Origin: Phoronis australis | Lineage: Eukaryota > Animalia > Phoronida | Assembly: GCA_002633005.1 (NCBI GenBank) | Contig: NMRA01000293.1 | Coordinates: 360,756-424,755, forward strand | Direction: 5' to 3' | Length of the DNA: 64,000 nt | Shown: one piece after another, positions 36,065 to 49,277 of the stretch | Position numbering within the stretch: the stretch's first letter is position 1 | How the letters are laid out: every line of letters begins with the position of its first letter | Program-made: the position numbers and the translations under genes | Notes under the pieces: model-generated | What the model was told of the DNA's origin: nothing | Databases searched by the model: none | Seen by the model: only the letters and a program-made list of their open reading frames with translations

Positions 36065-39000
36065 TTACAAGTCGCAATAAATGTTTAAAGACGAGTCGAC
36101 AACTTTTCCATGACAACACACTTTCTTGGGGCTTTCGTATGGAATGTTGTCACAACATTTGTTGAATTTTCCTCCAGGGAATGTTTTCCCACCGCAAGAA
36201 ATTGTACCACCTGGCTTCTCGTGAACGTTGGAGCAGACGACGTTTCTATCGATGACGACGGCATTGTTGCAACATTTCTGCGTCGCTTGGCTATAACGAT
36301 GGTTATTGCAGCAAGCGAACTTATATTTGTCGATAACTCCACCGTCACAGCAAGTTTCTGTCGAAAGCGAATAGAATTTGCCAGCGCAACATCCATACCA
36401 AAGTTTATCTTTTGTGACCCCGCCGCAACATAAGTCACTTGCTTTGAAGAAGATTTTACCATTACAGCAACCTTGGGTGTTCGGGTAGAACGGTTTTCCA
36501 GCACAACAAGCCCCCTTGTTTTTTGGCTGAATCTGAGTTCCACAACAACTATGAGTCATCACGTTGTAAGGTACCCCGTAGCAACATCGGTACCACGCTT
36601 TTTCCTTCACGGATCCGCCACAGCAGATGTCGTTGACTCGGTTGTACGATACTCCGCTACAACAGCCATGCGTCCCATCGTCAATGACTTTACCGTCACA
36701 GCATGTCTGTGTTTCATCATTATACGGCACTCCGCCGCAGCAGTTTCCGCCTTTCAGCTGCACTTCTCCACCACAGCAAACGTGTGAGAAACGAGAGAAA
36801 AACTTGCCAGAGCAGCAACCGTACCATAGCTTGTCTTTAACAACACCTCCACAACAAATGTCTGTATATTTAGAATAAGACTTGCCATTGCAGCAACCGT
36901 CAGATGCGAGTTTGATGATTTCGTCACCGCAGCAAGCGTGTGTTCTGTCGTCATATATCTGGCCACCACAGCAAGAGCCGCCCTTTGCAGCAATGGTGTC
37001 ACCACAGCAAAAGTACTTACTGACAGAGTAAGGTCTACCTGCACAACAGCCAAATTCGCCCTTGTTTTTCACCAAGCCTCCGCAGCAATTGTCACTGTCT
37101 GTGTAGAAAGGAACTCCTTTGCAACACCCTTGGTTAGCGCTGTCAATCACATTACCGTTACAACATGCATGCGTTTTAGGATTGAAAGGAACATTGTTAC
37201 AACAATGATCTTTTCCTTTTGGTACAACTTGTCCGCCACAACATGTGTATGAAGACAACGTGTAGGTCTTGCCATTGCAACACCCGTACCACCAGGCGTC
37301 TTTGGTGACTCCACCGCAACAGACCTCAATTCGCTTGTCATATGAAGTACCATCACAGCAACCCTGGTCTTCGGTGTCTATAATCTTATCTTTGCAGCAC
37401 GATTCATATTTAGGATCGAAGATGTCGCCACCACAGCAAGTGTTGGAATCCTTCGGTACAATCTTCCTACCGCAACAAGAATATTTACCTAAGCTATACG
37501 CTTCGCCATGACAACAACCATACTGGTATTTGTCTAGAACTGAACCATCGCAACAAATCTCATTATGTTTGTTAAACGGGCGTCCGTCACAGCATCCTTG
37601 GCGTGCAAAATTTATTACTTGGCCTCTACAACACGCTTCTTTTACTGGAGTATATGAGACGCCGTTGCAACACTGTGCGTCACCTTTGAGAATGATTTGT
37701 GCACCACAGCATTTGGATGAAGACAACGAATAGACCTTTCCGCCACAACACCCGTACCACATCTTGTCTTTGACAATGCCACCACAACACAAGTTTACAT
37801 TTTTCTTGAATGTGACACCGTTGCAGCATCCGTGGCTCTTGAGGCGTATTATGCAATCATTGCAACATGCCTCACGGCTTGGGTCATAGGGCTTGCCACC
37901 GCAGCATGCACTCCCCTCTTTCGGTTGAATTTGCCCATCGCAGCAAATTTGGTTGTTCACGTTGAATGGTTTTTGTCCGCAACAGCTAAAATACGCCTTG
38001 GGCTTAACGGCACCTCCACAGCAGATTTCATTGGCTTTAGTATAAGCTACTCCACTGCAGCAACCCTGCGTTCGTCCATCTAAGAGCTTGTTATCACAAC
38101 ACGTGCTTTTAAGAGGGTCGAAGAGAACTTCATTGCAACAATGGCCCTGATATTTGGACACGATATTTCCGCCGCAGCAAATGTGAGACGATGTGGAATA
38201 CGCTTTATCAGCACAGCATTCGTACCAACTTTTATCTTTAAGGACGCCTCCACAGCACATATCCCTGTTTAGATAGTAAGGAACCCCATCGCAACAACCT
38301 TGATGTCCCTTTTTGAGTATAAGTGACTGGCAGCACGTGTTGGTCAGTGCGTTGTATGGTTTCCCACCGCAGCACTTGAAGCCTGCCTTCGGACTAAGGT
38401 GACCACCGCAGCACATTTTGTTGGACGACAAGGAGTATGGTCTACCGGAACAGCATCCAAATGCAGCGCTGTATTTGACTAATCCACCACAGCATATCTG
38501 ACTGTTTTTGGCGAAAGGTATACCTTTGCAACATCCTTGAGTTGAACTGTCAACTAGCTGGCCATCGCAACAATCGTGAGTTTTGGGGTTGAATGGTTTG
38601 TCGTTGCAACACGCTTTGCCACTGTACTTTGACTGAATCTGTCCAGCACAGCATGACTGCGATGCGAGAGAATATGGCTTGCCAGCACAACACCCATACC
38701 AGAGCTTGTCTTTGAGGATACCGCCACAGCAGACTTTGTCCCACTTGTAATATGGAAAGTTGTCGCAGCAGCCCTGCTTGGCAATATTAATGCACTGATT
38801 ACCGCAACACGAGTGGTGGTTGAGAGAGTACACATAACCCCCACAACATCCTTCTGTCGCCTTTTTGTATGATTTGCCCGAACAACACCCGTATTCAGCT
38901 TTAGACTTACTTTCCCCACCGCAACATATTTCAGTGTACTTGTCGTACACCTCCCCTCGGCAGCAACCTTGTGAAGCAGCTGTGATTACGCGACCATCGC

Positions 39001-41992
39001 AGCAACTTTCAGTTTGAGGGTTGTAGGGTACGTTATTACAACAGGTGCTCTTATCTTTGGGTTGGACTTGACCTGCGCAGCAAATATCATAAGCTAATGA
39101 GTAAACTCGACCAGAACAGCATCCATACCATGCTGAATCTTTCAGAACGCCGTTGCAGCAAACGGACCTATCCTTGAAGTAAGGGGCGCCATTGCAACAA
39201 TCCTGGTTTGATTTCTTGATCACTTGGTTATTGCAACAGGAATGAGTAACAGGGTTGTAAGGAACTTTTACACAGCATGCTTGGTTTTTGTCAATGACTT
39301 GACCGCCGCAGCAAGTATGGCTCGACAAGGTGTAAACTTTTCCATTACAGCACCCGTAAAAGCCCTTGTTCTTTGCTTTGCCGTCGCAGCAGATGTAACC
39401 ATTCTTGTTGTACGGAACACCATTGCAACAATCCTCTGTAGCAGAGTTAATTACTTGGCCGTTACAACAACTTTGGGTGCCTGGTTTGTAAGCATTTTTG
39501 CCGCAACACTGTTTACCGTTGCCAGAGTGGACAATGTTCTCGCAACAAATGTGGGATGTGAGACTGTAAGGCTGACCTGCACAGCAACCGTAGTGAGAAG
39601 TGTCTTTAACATAACCTCCGCAACACGTCTGACTTTTCTTGGTGAATGGAACTCCTTTACAGCATCCTTTGTCGGCGGTGTTGATGACATGGCCATTACA
39701 GCATGTCTGATATTTGGAATCGAACGGCTTTCCATTGCAGCATAAACCGCTGCCTTTCCTTTGAATGTGTCCACCGCAGCAAATATCAGACGTGATTTCG
39801 TAAGGTTTGCCGCTACAACAACCGTACACGTCTTTGTTTTTGATGACACCACCACAGCACATTTGTTTGTCCTTGTAATATGGTACACTGTTGCAACAAT
39901 CTTGCGACCAAGTGCTTATTATTACTTTATTGCAACAGGTGTGAGTTGAAGGATCATATGGCTTTCCGTCACAGCAACTGCTGCTGTCTTTCTTTTGTAC
40001 CTGATCTCCGCAGCATATATGCGTACTGGTGTAGAAAAGATAACCAGAACAACAACTGTATGAATAACCGTCCTTAACTTTACCTCCACAACATATCTCA
40101 GATGTTTTACTGTACTGCACACCATTACAGCACGCTTGAGTGGAAGTGCTGATGATTTGACCTTTGCAACATTCTTGGTAACTGGAATCAAACGGCTTGC
40201 CGTTACAACATTGGGCAGCATCTTTCGTTTGGATTGTTCCGCCGCAACAAATGTGGGACGAAAGCTTGTAATATTTGCCTTGACAACACCCGTACCAAAT
40301 CTTGTCTTTAACCACACCGCTGCAGCACATATCGCTTTGCTTATAATAAGGTACGCCATTACAACAATCCTGGATAATAGAACTTAATATCTTGTTATTG
40401 CAACACATACTCGTTGTAGGATCATATGGTTTATCATCACAGCAACCGTTGCCATCTTTCTTTTGAATTTGACCCCCACAGCAAATGTGCGTGCTTACGT
40501 AGAAAGGGTAACCTGAACAGCAACCGTACGAAGATCTGCTCTTCGCTTTTCCACCGCAGCAAATCTCAGAGCTCTTGCTGTAAGGTACTCCATTGCAGCA
40601 GCCTTGACTGTCAGTAGTTATGATTTGATCCCTGCAACATGCTTGATACCTGGAATCAAAGGGCTTTCCATTACAACACTGCCCTCTATCCTTTCCTTGG
40701 ATCTTTCCACCACAACAAATGTAAGAGGAAAGTTTGTAATATTGGCCTCGACAACAACCGTACCAAATCTTATCCTTAACAACATCGCCACAGCAAATAT
40801 CGCTGGCTTTGTAGTATGGTACTCCGTTACAGCATCCTTGTTTGTTTCTGTTTATAACGTGTTTGTTGCAGCAAGACTCCGTAGATGGATTGTAATAAAA
40901 CTTACCGCAGCATAGGTTGCCATTGTTGGACTGAATCCGGCCTTCACAACAAATCTGCGACTTAAGGTTATATGGATAACCTGCACAGCAGCCATACCAC
41001 GATTTATCTTTCACAACACCGCCGCAACAAATTTGCGACACTTTATTAAAAGACGCACCATTGCAGCAACCGTCGGCGTCCGTACTGATTATCTTCCCCT
41101 TGCAACAGGCCTGGTACAATGAATCGTATGGTTTACCGTCGCAACACTTGGCTTCATCTTTCGCTTGTACTGTTCCACCGCAACATACCTGCGATGACAA
41201 ACTGTAGGTTCTTCCGTTGCAACATCCATACCATTCCTTGTCTTTGACTACACCGCCGCAACAGATGTCGGATGCCTTGTAATATGGGGAACCATCACAG
41301 CAGCCTTCGGTATTCTTGCTGATAATTTTGCCATTGCAACAGGACTGTGTCGAAGGATTGTAAGCTTTGTTGCTGCAGCAGTATGAACCCGTGCAGCATT
41401 CTGAATCTGCTTTAGACTGCACGTAACCATTACAGCAAATCTGGGTATCCTTTTTATAGCCTTCACCGTTACAGCAGCCGTACCACGCCTTTTCATACAC
41501 CTTGTACCCACAACAGATCTCATCAGCTTCCGTATATTTCAAACCCGCGCAACATCCGTAGTAGCGCCTGTTGACGTAGTCTTTACCGCAGCATTCGTAG
41601 CCATTTAGGGAACCATACACGTTTTTAGATTGGCAGCATGTCTGTTTCTGTTTAATGAAATAACCTGTGCCACAGCACTGAAACAATGACGCGTCTTTTA
41701 GAATCGTGCTACAACACACTTCCTTTGCTGAGTTGTAGCGCAAATAACCGCATCTTTTATCGTACCCGTAATGGTTTCTCCGCGGTACACCTCCGAAGCC
41801 AGTACCACCTATTCCACCGTGGAAACCAGCGTCGCAAAGTCTGCAATATAAAGTGACGACCGTCGGTTACTGTTAAGAAAACGCAATATTCCACGAGTTA
41901 GAACTGACATACCCTGTTTTAAAGGGACATTTTCAGGGTAGAAAGTCATCAAGCAGAAATTACCTGTAGCGCGGAATTGAACCCGGCACCAT
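36065..41992 (-). CDS. Giant galaxin/usherin-like di-cysteine repeat protein (main exon 41840-36065; candidate first exon 41992-41964; ~1930 aa)
   Basis: Uninterrupted 5.7-kb ORF with CC every ~13 residues (CCxGxxY/F...). The open frame extends upstream through a Gly-rich segment to an acceptor ttgcag at 41841. The 5' exon is uncertain. Confidence 0.85.
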
Positions 41993-43254
41993 CTCTGCAT
42001 TAACAGCCGATGAGCCACATTGCTCGCGTTAAAAAGCACAAAACTTTAAAGGCTTACTATCAAATGCTCTCCATTTCTTGACTTAAATTTTTTCATTTTT
42101 TATTTTAATGACCCTGCACATGCTCTATAAATCCGTTCCAAACTGTTGCAGGAGAAGTTTGATGGTTTTATTTTGACCCATAAGCATAAACATTTCGTGA
42201 TGACGTTCTGACCCTGATATCATCGATGCTGCGCGTGAATAAGGTCAACTGTGTTATGGAGAGGTGGTTTCGTAAACGCAGAAACAAAACAGAGATTGTT
42301 AACGTTTCCTATGTTCACCAGTAATCTGAATTTCCTGGGTTTGCTATTTGAACAGTCATATGAATGTCAGTTACTTGACAAGTAAAACGTAGAAAATAAA
42401 TGTAAAATAGGCAAAAATAATAGATTAGACGCAGTGGTGACATTTAAATGGCAAAGACACCGGTCTTGATTTCTGTGAATGTCGATCCGTCTGACAACAG
42501 GCGAGAGGGTGTGGTAGGACGCCGTGTCCCTCCGCTAAATCTACCAGTTTACAATTTAGCGTTGACGTTGTATTAAAAAGTCAAAGAAGCACTCGTTTAC
42601 TGTCTTCAATACATTGCGACCTTTAAAATTCTCCAGTAAAACCTTCAGTTCACCATAATAGAGTCAAGTGTAACAGCCTAATCCACACATCTAGTGTCGA
42701 CTAATTGCAAGTGGGAACGATTCCCAGCGAAATATCGAATAACATCGCCCAATGATTTGCCGCCATCCCAGAGCTGTTGTGAAATCAACCGTACGACTGT
42801 ATAATTCTAACTTGCCTGACGATGCACCGATTGGTGATTTCTGATACTAAGGCCCTGCTGACACGGCAGATTACCTTCCGACTTCCGGTCGATATAACCA
42901 TGTTTAGACCGAAAACTCATGAGATTGGCCTCTGAAGTTTACAAGCATGTGACTACGCCCGAGCATGCTAGGCATAGAATAGAACCCAATCGGCGAGATC
43001 AGCCGATCGTCGCCCGATATGTGACTAAGGCATAACATAATATTCCGAACAAATAAATGAGCACTTAAATCGATCTGAAGCGAAGTTGATTGCAAATCTG
43101 TTTACTTCCAGATTTACCCCGTTTAACATAAACTTAAGTCTAAAACATTCACTTTCTGCCGCAGATTATTACATCTATCCAGCATCCAGGATATAAACTT
43201 GTGTGGGTCCACCTTACAAGGTGGCATGGCTCCCAGGAAAGAATCTTTTTGAAA

Positions 43255-43322
43255 ATAATAATAACGATGATTATGATGATGATGATGATGACGATGATGA
43301 TGATGATGATGATGATGATAAC
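43255..43322. repeat. (AAT)n/(GAT)n microsatellite
   Basis: Direct inspection. Confidence 0.9.
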
Positions 43323-45344
43323 CAAATAATAGCTTTATTTTATGTAACAGACCTCCTTGCGAAATTACGAAACTTACAATATATAGAGTCTAAATACAGC
43401 AGATCTAAGAGAAATTTATTCCAATTCAAAAACTTGTAAATAATGGTATAATAAGGATATAAACAACAACAATTGTATAACAACAACAACAAGTGAAAAA
43501 CCCTCAATTCACATCTTAAAACATCATAATCATTCGTAATCACGTGGCCACTATTTTTGTGAAATTTTCATTTTTGCTTTGAACAGTTCCTACAAATGAA
43601 CTGCAAAAGACTTCATGTTTGAAATATATTTTTCAAGACTTTCTCATTTTCTTTAATCTATCACAAGTTCACAAAGTAAAAAGTCTTCATGTTTGGCAAT
43701 TGGCATCTCAACTTTTTAAAAAAATCGAGGCAAGTTTTTCTAGGCTGTAGATCAAAAGTACGATTGCAAGATCTCGATGAGTAAAAATCCCAATAGTTTC
43801 AACGAGGTAGTTTTTGTGGAAGAAATTTAATTTAGGTACATGGTCCTCAGTGTTTTTGGAAATCGGAATTAAAAACTGCTGGAAATCAAGAGGCATGAAG
43901 AAAGTGGATTGGGATGTTGTCCAAGTCGGTCGAGACAACTGTCAAATTTGGCAAACAAAAATACATCAAAAGATCAGTCAAGGGTAGCAATGAAAAAAGA
44001 GAACTGTTCGACATTTTATTGAAGATACGAGTTTATTGGATTGCGAATGGTGACAGCATTAGGCGCTACAACGAGCGTATTTCCCAACCATCACCGAGAG
44101 CGCTTCTTACCGGTTAGGGTTACTATAGCCACTCATCACAGGGTTTTTATGACCGGCTGCTTTTATTTTGTGATTATGGAACATAGATGGGCGTCAGTCA
44201 GGTAACCGCTGCCTATTCGTGGCAACATTTTTTCTGTCCGTTTTAGGCACAGCGGACTATAAACTGAACCCGTTATTGAAAATAGAACTTTTCCATTGTT
44301 TGAAAGGCAAAAATCGGTTAACCACAAAAGAAGAAATAATGCGCAGCGCAACTGCTGTTCCTCGATTGTGTAACCTGGCTGTGCAACACAAAGGGGCGAC
44401 TTGACTTGTGTGCACCAAGGCTTATCAGAGCGATCTTAACTACTGGATCATACAACTATTTGGAAACTGCATTGTTGTTCGCTACTCCATGAAACTCAAT
44501 TTGCCACTACACCTTTACACGTAATTGTTACTTTTGATGTCTAAGTATTCAACAACTGTGTTGGCGTGTAAGCTGAGGTGCCATTTTAATTTGCTGTTGA
44601 TGAATCGAAACTATTTTCAGCTTTTGTCGTCACCATTTTTCCATAAGCTTCACGCAAAACACAGAGACTCCAATCCAATGGTAAAGATATTTTCAAAACA
44701 AATTATTTTTGTTGTCCAAGTTTAGATTGTTTATACTGTGCCTTTCACTCGAACTTACGTTTTGGATCTTTGTGAACCATTTACACTCCGAAAGGAAATT
44801 TTGATTAAAGGGATTCTGTGCAAAGACAGAACACTTTATACCATCGTTTCTGGAAAGATTTTCTCGGAAAATATTCAAACTGGACACGTAACGCAATTAT
44901 TTTGTAACACAGCAAGTTCTGAAATTCCCACAAGTCCATCCTATGTTATATTTTAACCGGACAATCTATATTATAGTCAGAGATTGAGTTTTTCTACTGA
45001 AATAATATTTGAATATGAATAATTTCACTAAATTGCATGAAACTGCAATAAAACTCACCCCAGAATTGTTAGTGCAAGGACTGGCGCTGACAAGTACATG
45101 GTTCTTTTGTGTAGTGACGACAGGCCACGACTAAAAAACTTACTCAGGAAAACCATTCAATGAACTTTCACTTTTATATCGAAATGTTTTTATTGCGCAA
45201 GGAATTAATGATCAAAATGTGAGCAGGTGCGGGGAATTGTTCACGAATATTCGTTCTTAAATAGTCCTTGCCAAAAATAACTGCTTTGCGTTATTTTTGT
45301 ATATATATTTAATGGTTATTTGTGTAGATGTTCATTTGGCCTTA

Positions 45345-47110
45345 CGTCAAAAAGATTAATAACAAAATCAAACAGTAAAGAGCGAGTCCACAAATCGACG
45401 ATAATTTGGTAATTGAATAGTGGCATATGCTTGATTGTTGTCGTCGTTAAGCTTTAATTTAGAATTATTGGCGTGGTTTAAACTTATTTTAAAGATGTTT
45501 GTGTTTTATTTTAGTACCTCCGATCCATATACATGATATCAAAAGTGCCTTCCTAACTATATACATGTAGGAAATACAAATGAGTAATTAACAATGAAAG
45601 GAAATGTGACATCACACGGGGAAATTAACTGTGTATAATACAAAGTTGGTGAATAAAGAGAGCTAAGTTCCAAAAATTGCAAAAGTTCATCAAATAAGTG
45701 AAGGGCCGCCATCAGCGTTTCTAATGTTAATATTACGAATATCAAACTTTCTCCTAAGAGCTTCGTAAACTGGACACTCTATTAAAATGTGTCTTTCATA
45801 CTGGCATCAGTGTGTACACAGCAGATCATCAAAATCCCAAGTATCGGCCAATTTCAATTTTCAGTTTAGGCCTTGAACACTTAAAACGTGCAAGAATGAA
45901 ATTTATATAAAAATCTCAAATATACTTCATTTAGATATCTGGTATATTTTCTGGAAGGAGCATTTTCAAACAATTTATAAAAATCTAATTTCCTAAGAAG
46001 TGGCATTTCATCCATCCATTTTTCGTCTACGTCGATACAACTTTGTTTAAATTCGCACATCAATAATTCTTCGTTTCCAACTCCTTGCTGACCCATACAA
46101 GTCCAAACCCAGTCCTGTGCAGCAAGTTTTTAACATGAAATGCCAGCTTTCGCAGTTTCATTCAGCAACGTTGTATTGAATCTTAAGACATGTGCGGCCA
46201 TATACATTCTCACGCATTTTCAATAATTTCAACCTATATTGGATAATTTTTAGCAATCTCATTGACACCATGGTATGTCTGCCTAGCTCACCTCTGCCGG
46301 CTGTTGAATTTTGACTCTCCGTCGAGACCTTATAAAAATTTACTAACTGTCTCATGTAAACTCCTAACACTAAAGCCCCTGTGAAAACCCACACTTCTGA
46401 ATCCTACATAACAATAAGACGCATTTTATTATCGAACAGTTGTGACAAAACATTTACAGGAAACTTTGAAATTGAGACATACACTTTTTCAACATAACGG
46501 GTTTTCCTGCTGGGTCAGTTTTTCGCCAAGACACCCTTCGTTGTAACGTAAGTATCGAGATATCTGTCACTACATTGAACCCTAATTCGTTCTTTGTTAA
46601 TGGACCATTTTCACAATAACGTAAATAACCTCCAAAACACCAAAAGTTTTCTGACCTGATAATTTCTTGTTTCCATTTTTACAATATACCTTAATCTTCT
46701 TGACAAGATAATACAACTAAATCATTTGCAAATAACTAACAGTAAGCATCATTATCGGCCTTCAACTCTCGCTCAACATCATATAAATACATCGAGAACA
46801 AAAATGGTGAAAGCTGGCACGGTTGCCTTACTCCACACAAACAATCAAAAGATTCCGTAATTTCACCACTTTGGTTTACCTGCCTGCAAGACTTCACAAT
46901 CCAATACGTTGCACTCGATTTTTTACACATTTTACACCGGGATGATTATTTCGTTCTACATCAAAAATATTAATAATAAAATCAAGCACTGAAAAACGAG
47001 TCAACAAATCGATGATAATTTGGTAACTGAAAAGTGGCATAAGCTTAATTGTTGCCGTCGGTAAGCTGTAATTAAGAATTATCGACATGGTTTAAACTTA
47101 GTTAAAGATG
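45345..47110. repeat. Diverged ~150-bp direct repeat pair (45345-45498 and 46960-47110) bracketing the LINE fragment
   Basis: aaatcgacgataatttggtaattgaatagtggcatatgcttgattgttgtcgtcg...ggtttaaacttattttaaagatg versus aaatcgatgataatttggtaactgaaaagtggcataagcttaattgttgccgtcg...ggtttaaacttagttaaagatg. Confidence 0.85.
45780..46920 (-). mobile_element. Decayed non-LTR retrotransposon fragment (RT C-terminal half; clade not assigned)
   Basis: Minus-strand GVRQPCQLSPFLFSMYL (variant of GVRQG.LSP.LF), LFAND (FADD-like, ~46722-46736), GELGR and KLDFYKLF motifs typical of LINE ORF2 C-termini. Many stops. Confidence 0.8.
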
Positions 47111-49277
47111 GTTGCGGCAATTAGTGAAGTCAAATAAGACATGAATTGAATCACACATTGTCATCTGTCTCTCAGAGTTGTGGTCAAAATGTGCAACAGC
47201 ACGTAAAAGTTGATGGCATATTTTATCTGAAATCATGTTTAGTACGCGCATATTCCCTACAAAAGTATGGTGGGCTGATAACCAATGGAAATTAACAAAC
47301 ACTTGCATTTTTAAAGGGACATCATCGGCGAGAAAAGCGATTTTCTGAGACCAGACTCAGCGCGAAATTCAATCTGTTACCACTGCTGTCGCAATTTAAT
47401 GCCCTCCTGCTAAGCAAGATCTTGCTCAAAAGCGGCAGGTTATTGTCCGTTTAGTTCACCTTTTTGGTGACATGTTTGGTCTCTTTGTTCATTGTGGGTA
47501 TCAGATGAACCACGAATTGAGAAAATGTAAAAAATGGTGTCATTACCGATGGTGAATTATGTCACGGCTTGTCAGGTAACTCATTTACAATCGTGACAAA
47601 CAAGGAAGGAGAAACATGGTGGCAAAAAAAGTCACCGATGATTTCAGCGAATGTGGCGGACAACGTACTTGTAATAAAATCACAAAACAACGGATTTTTT
47701 GGTTTTATAGCTCCGGTCAAAGTTAATAACTTTAAGAAGTCTATGCCATCCAACAATATTAAAGTGCGTTTTTCGGTCGCAAAGGTTCCTTTAAAGAAAA
47801 ACAGAATCTGAAATCGACAACTCACGTTGTGGAGATTAAACAGATGCTCCAAACGCTCTGTCAAAACATAGACTATAGTACATGTCTGTTGTCTATAATC
47901 TATGGTCAAAATCACACTCACAGGTGCTGGAATGTAAAAGAGAAAACAACAAAAGTCAACAAATTGAGACAATGGGATGCATTCAAAGACGTTAACTCTT
48001 TACGGTCTGTGATGTATACTAGACCTATGTCGTTAGATGTCGCCAGTGCAAAACTTCTATTCGTAGACTTGCGGTAGGCTACATTGTAGCCTCGCCCTCA
48101 TGGTACGGCCGTTTGGCAGACGACAGATGCACGATCAAAGTTATATCGCGAGGTAAAAATAAGGTATCTAGAGCTATATCTTGGTGTACTAATAGATGGA
48201 AGAATCATCGAATTAATCACAGAATTTGAATGGACAGTGCAAACCTTAAGTTATGCTTTAAAGAAAGGATAGGCCCTAGCGTTACTGAACTAGATGCGGG
48301 TTACGTGTCTAGCAGCGGGCACTGCCTCCGTCGAACTCTACTAAGCAGAAGCGAGCGAAATAAATGAAGTCAGAGTACGGCAATTGTTGACTTATTTTGC
48401 ATCAAAATAATTAAATAAATTTTCTTATTTCCTAACATTCGGGGTGTGCCAAATTATCTGATTACAGGTTTCACTGACGGGTTGGGCGAAATCAAACGAG
48501 GCCCAGCACCGACTTTTACTTTTAGTTTGTGATCGGAGTGAGTCGCCACGGTTTTCTACAACTTTTTTGTTCAGGTGACCTATAAATTTGCATATTTAGG
48601 ACAAAAAGCGAAACTCAGTAAAAATGAGGTAATTCAGTTTTGGCATGTATTTATTTCCAATCTTTTCACATGAATAGAATCCTGCGCTGACACCTAGCTG
48701 TCCCACACTGTCCCGCGGGGCTGGTTCATTAACCTGTCTAGTAAAATCCGCTGCTTTCTTTAAAGCTCAAGCTTCACCTGATGTTATCTTTCTCTGGAGA
48801 TTAACTTAGGTAATCAGGTGCAAAATTACCCCCATCATAAATATTCTTGTGAACACTGGAGGGCAACTATAGTGTTTTTTTAAGTTTTTGTTTTTAATGC
48901 TTTAGCTTATAGAATTTAAATGTTTCGTGAAGAGTATATGTGATTAGGTTTTTGAATATTGAAAAGGAAATGTGACTTAGATATAACCTAAAACTAGAAA
49001 GTAATCCTCAACCATCCAGGCCTGCTTCATTAATTCTGCTGGACATGCAACACAATGGTCCAATTATAATCAAGGGTCATAAGCCAGTAGTTAAAAATTG
49101 AGGGAAGCCAAGTGTCATCCTAGTAGGCGACAGGTAACTGTTTCCAGACATGTATTGTTTAGCATATTTTATGCCTAGAAACTGGATATCAGCCCTGAGG
49201 TGTACATGTGAGAAGTCTGAGATGTGTGCATGCTGAGGCTATACAAGTTGGAACACCGTGACTTCAGATTGGTGAAA

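Noticed and set aside
36085-41523. Many overlapping alternative-frame and antisense ORFs
   Set aside because: Shadows of the repetitive Cys/Gly codon pattern of the galaxin-like CDS.
47562-48077. Overlapping 80-136-aa ORFs upstream of SHOC1
   Set aside because: No recognisable domain; probably non-coding or TE-derived (a TTAA-AGGG terminus lies near 47312).
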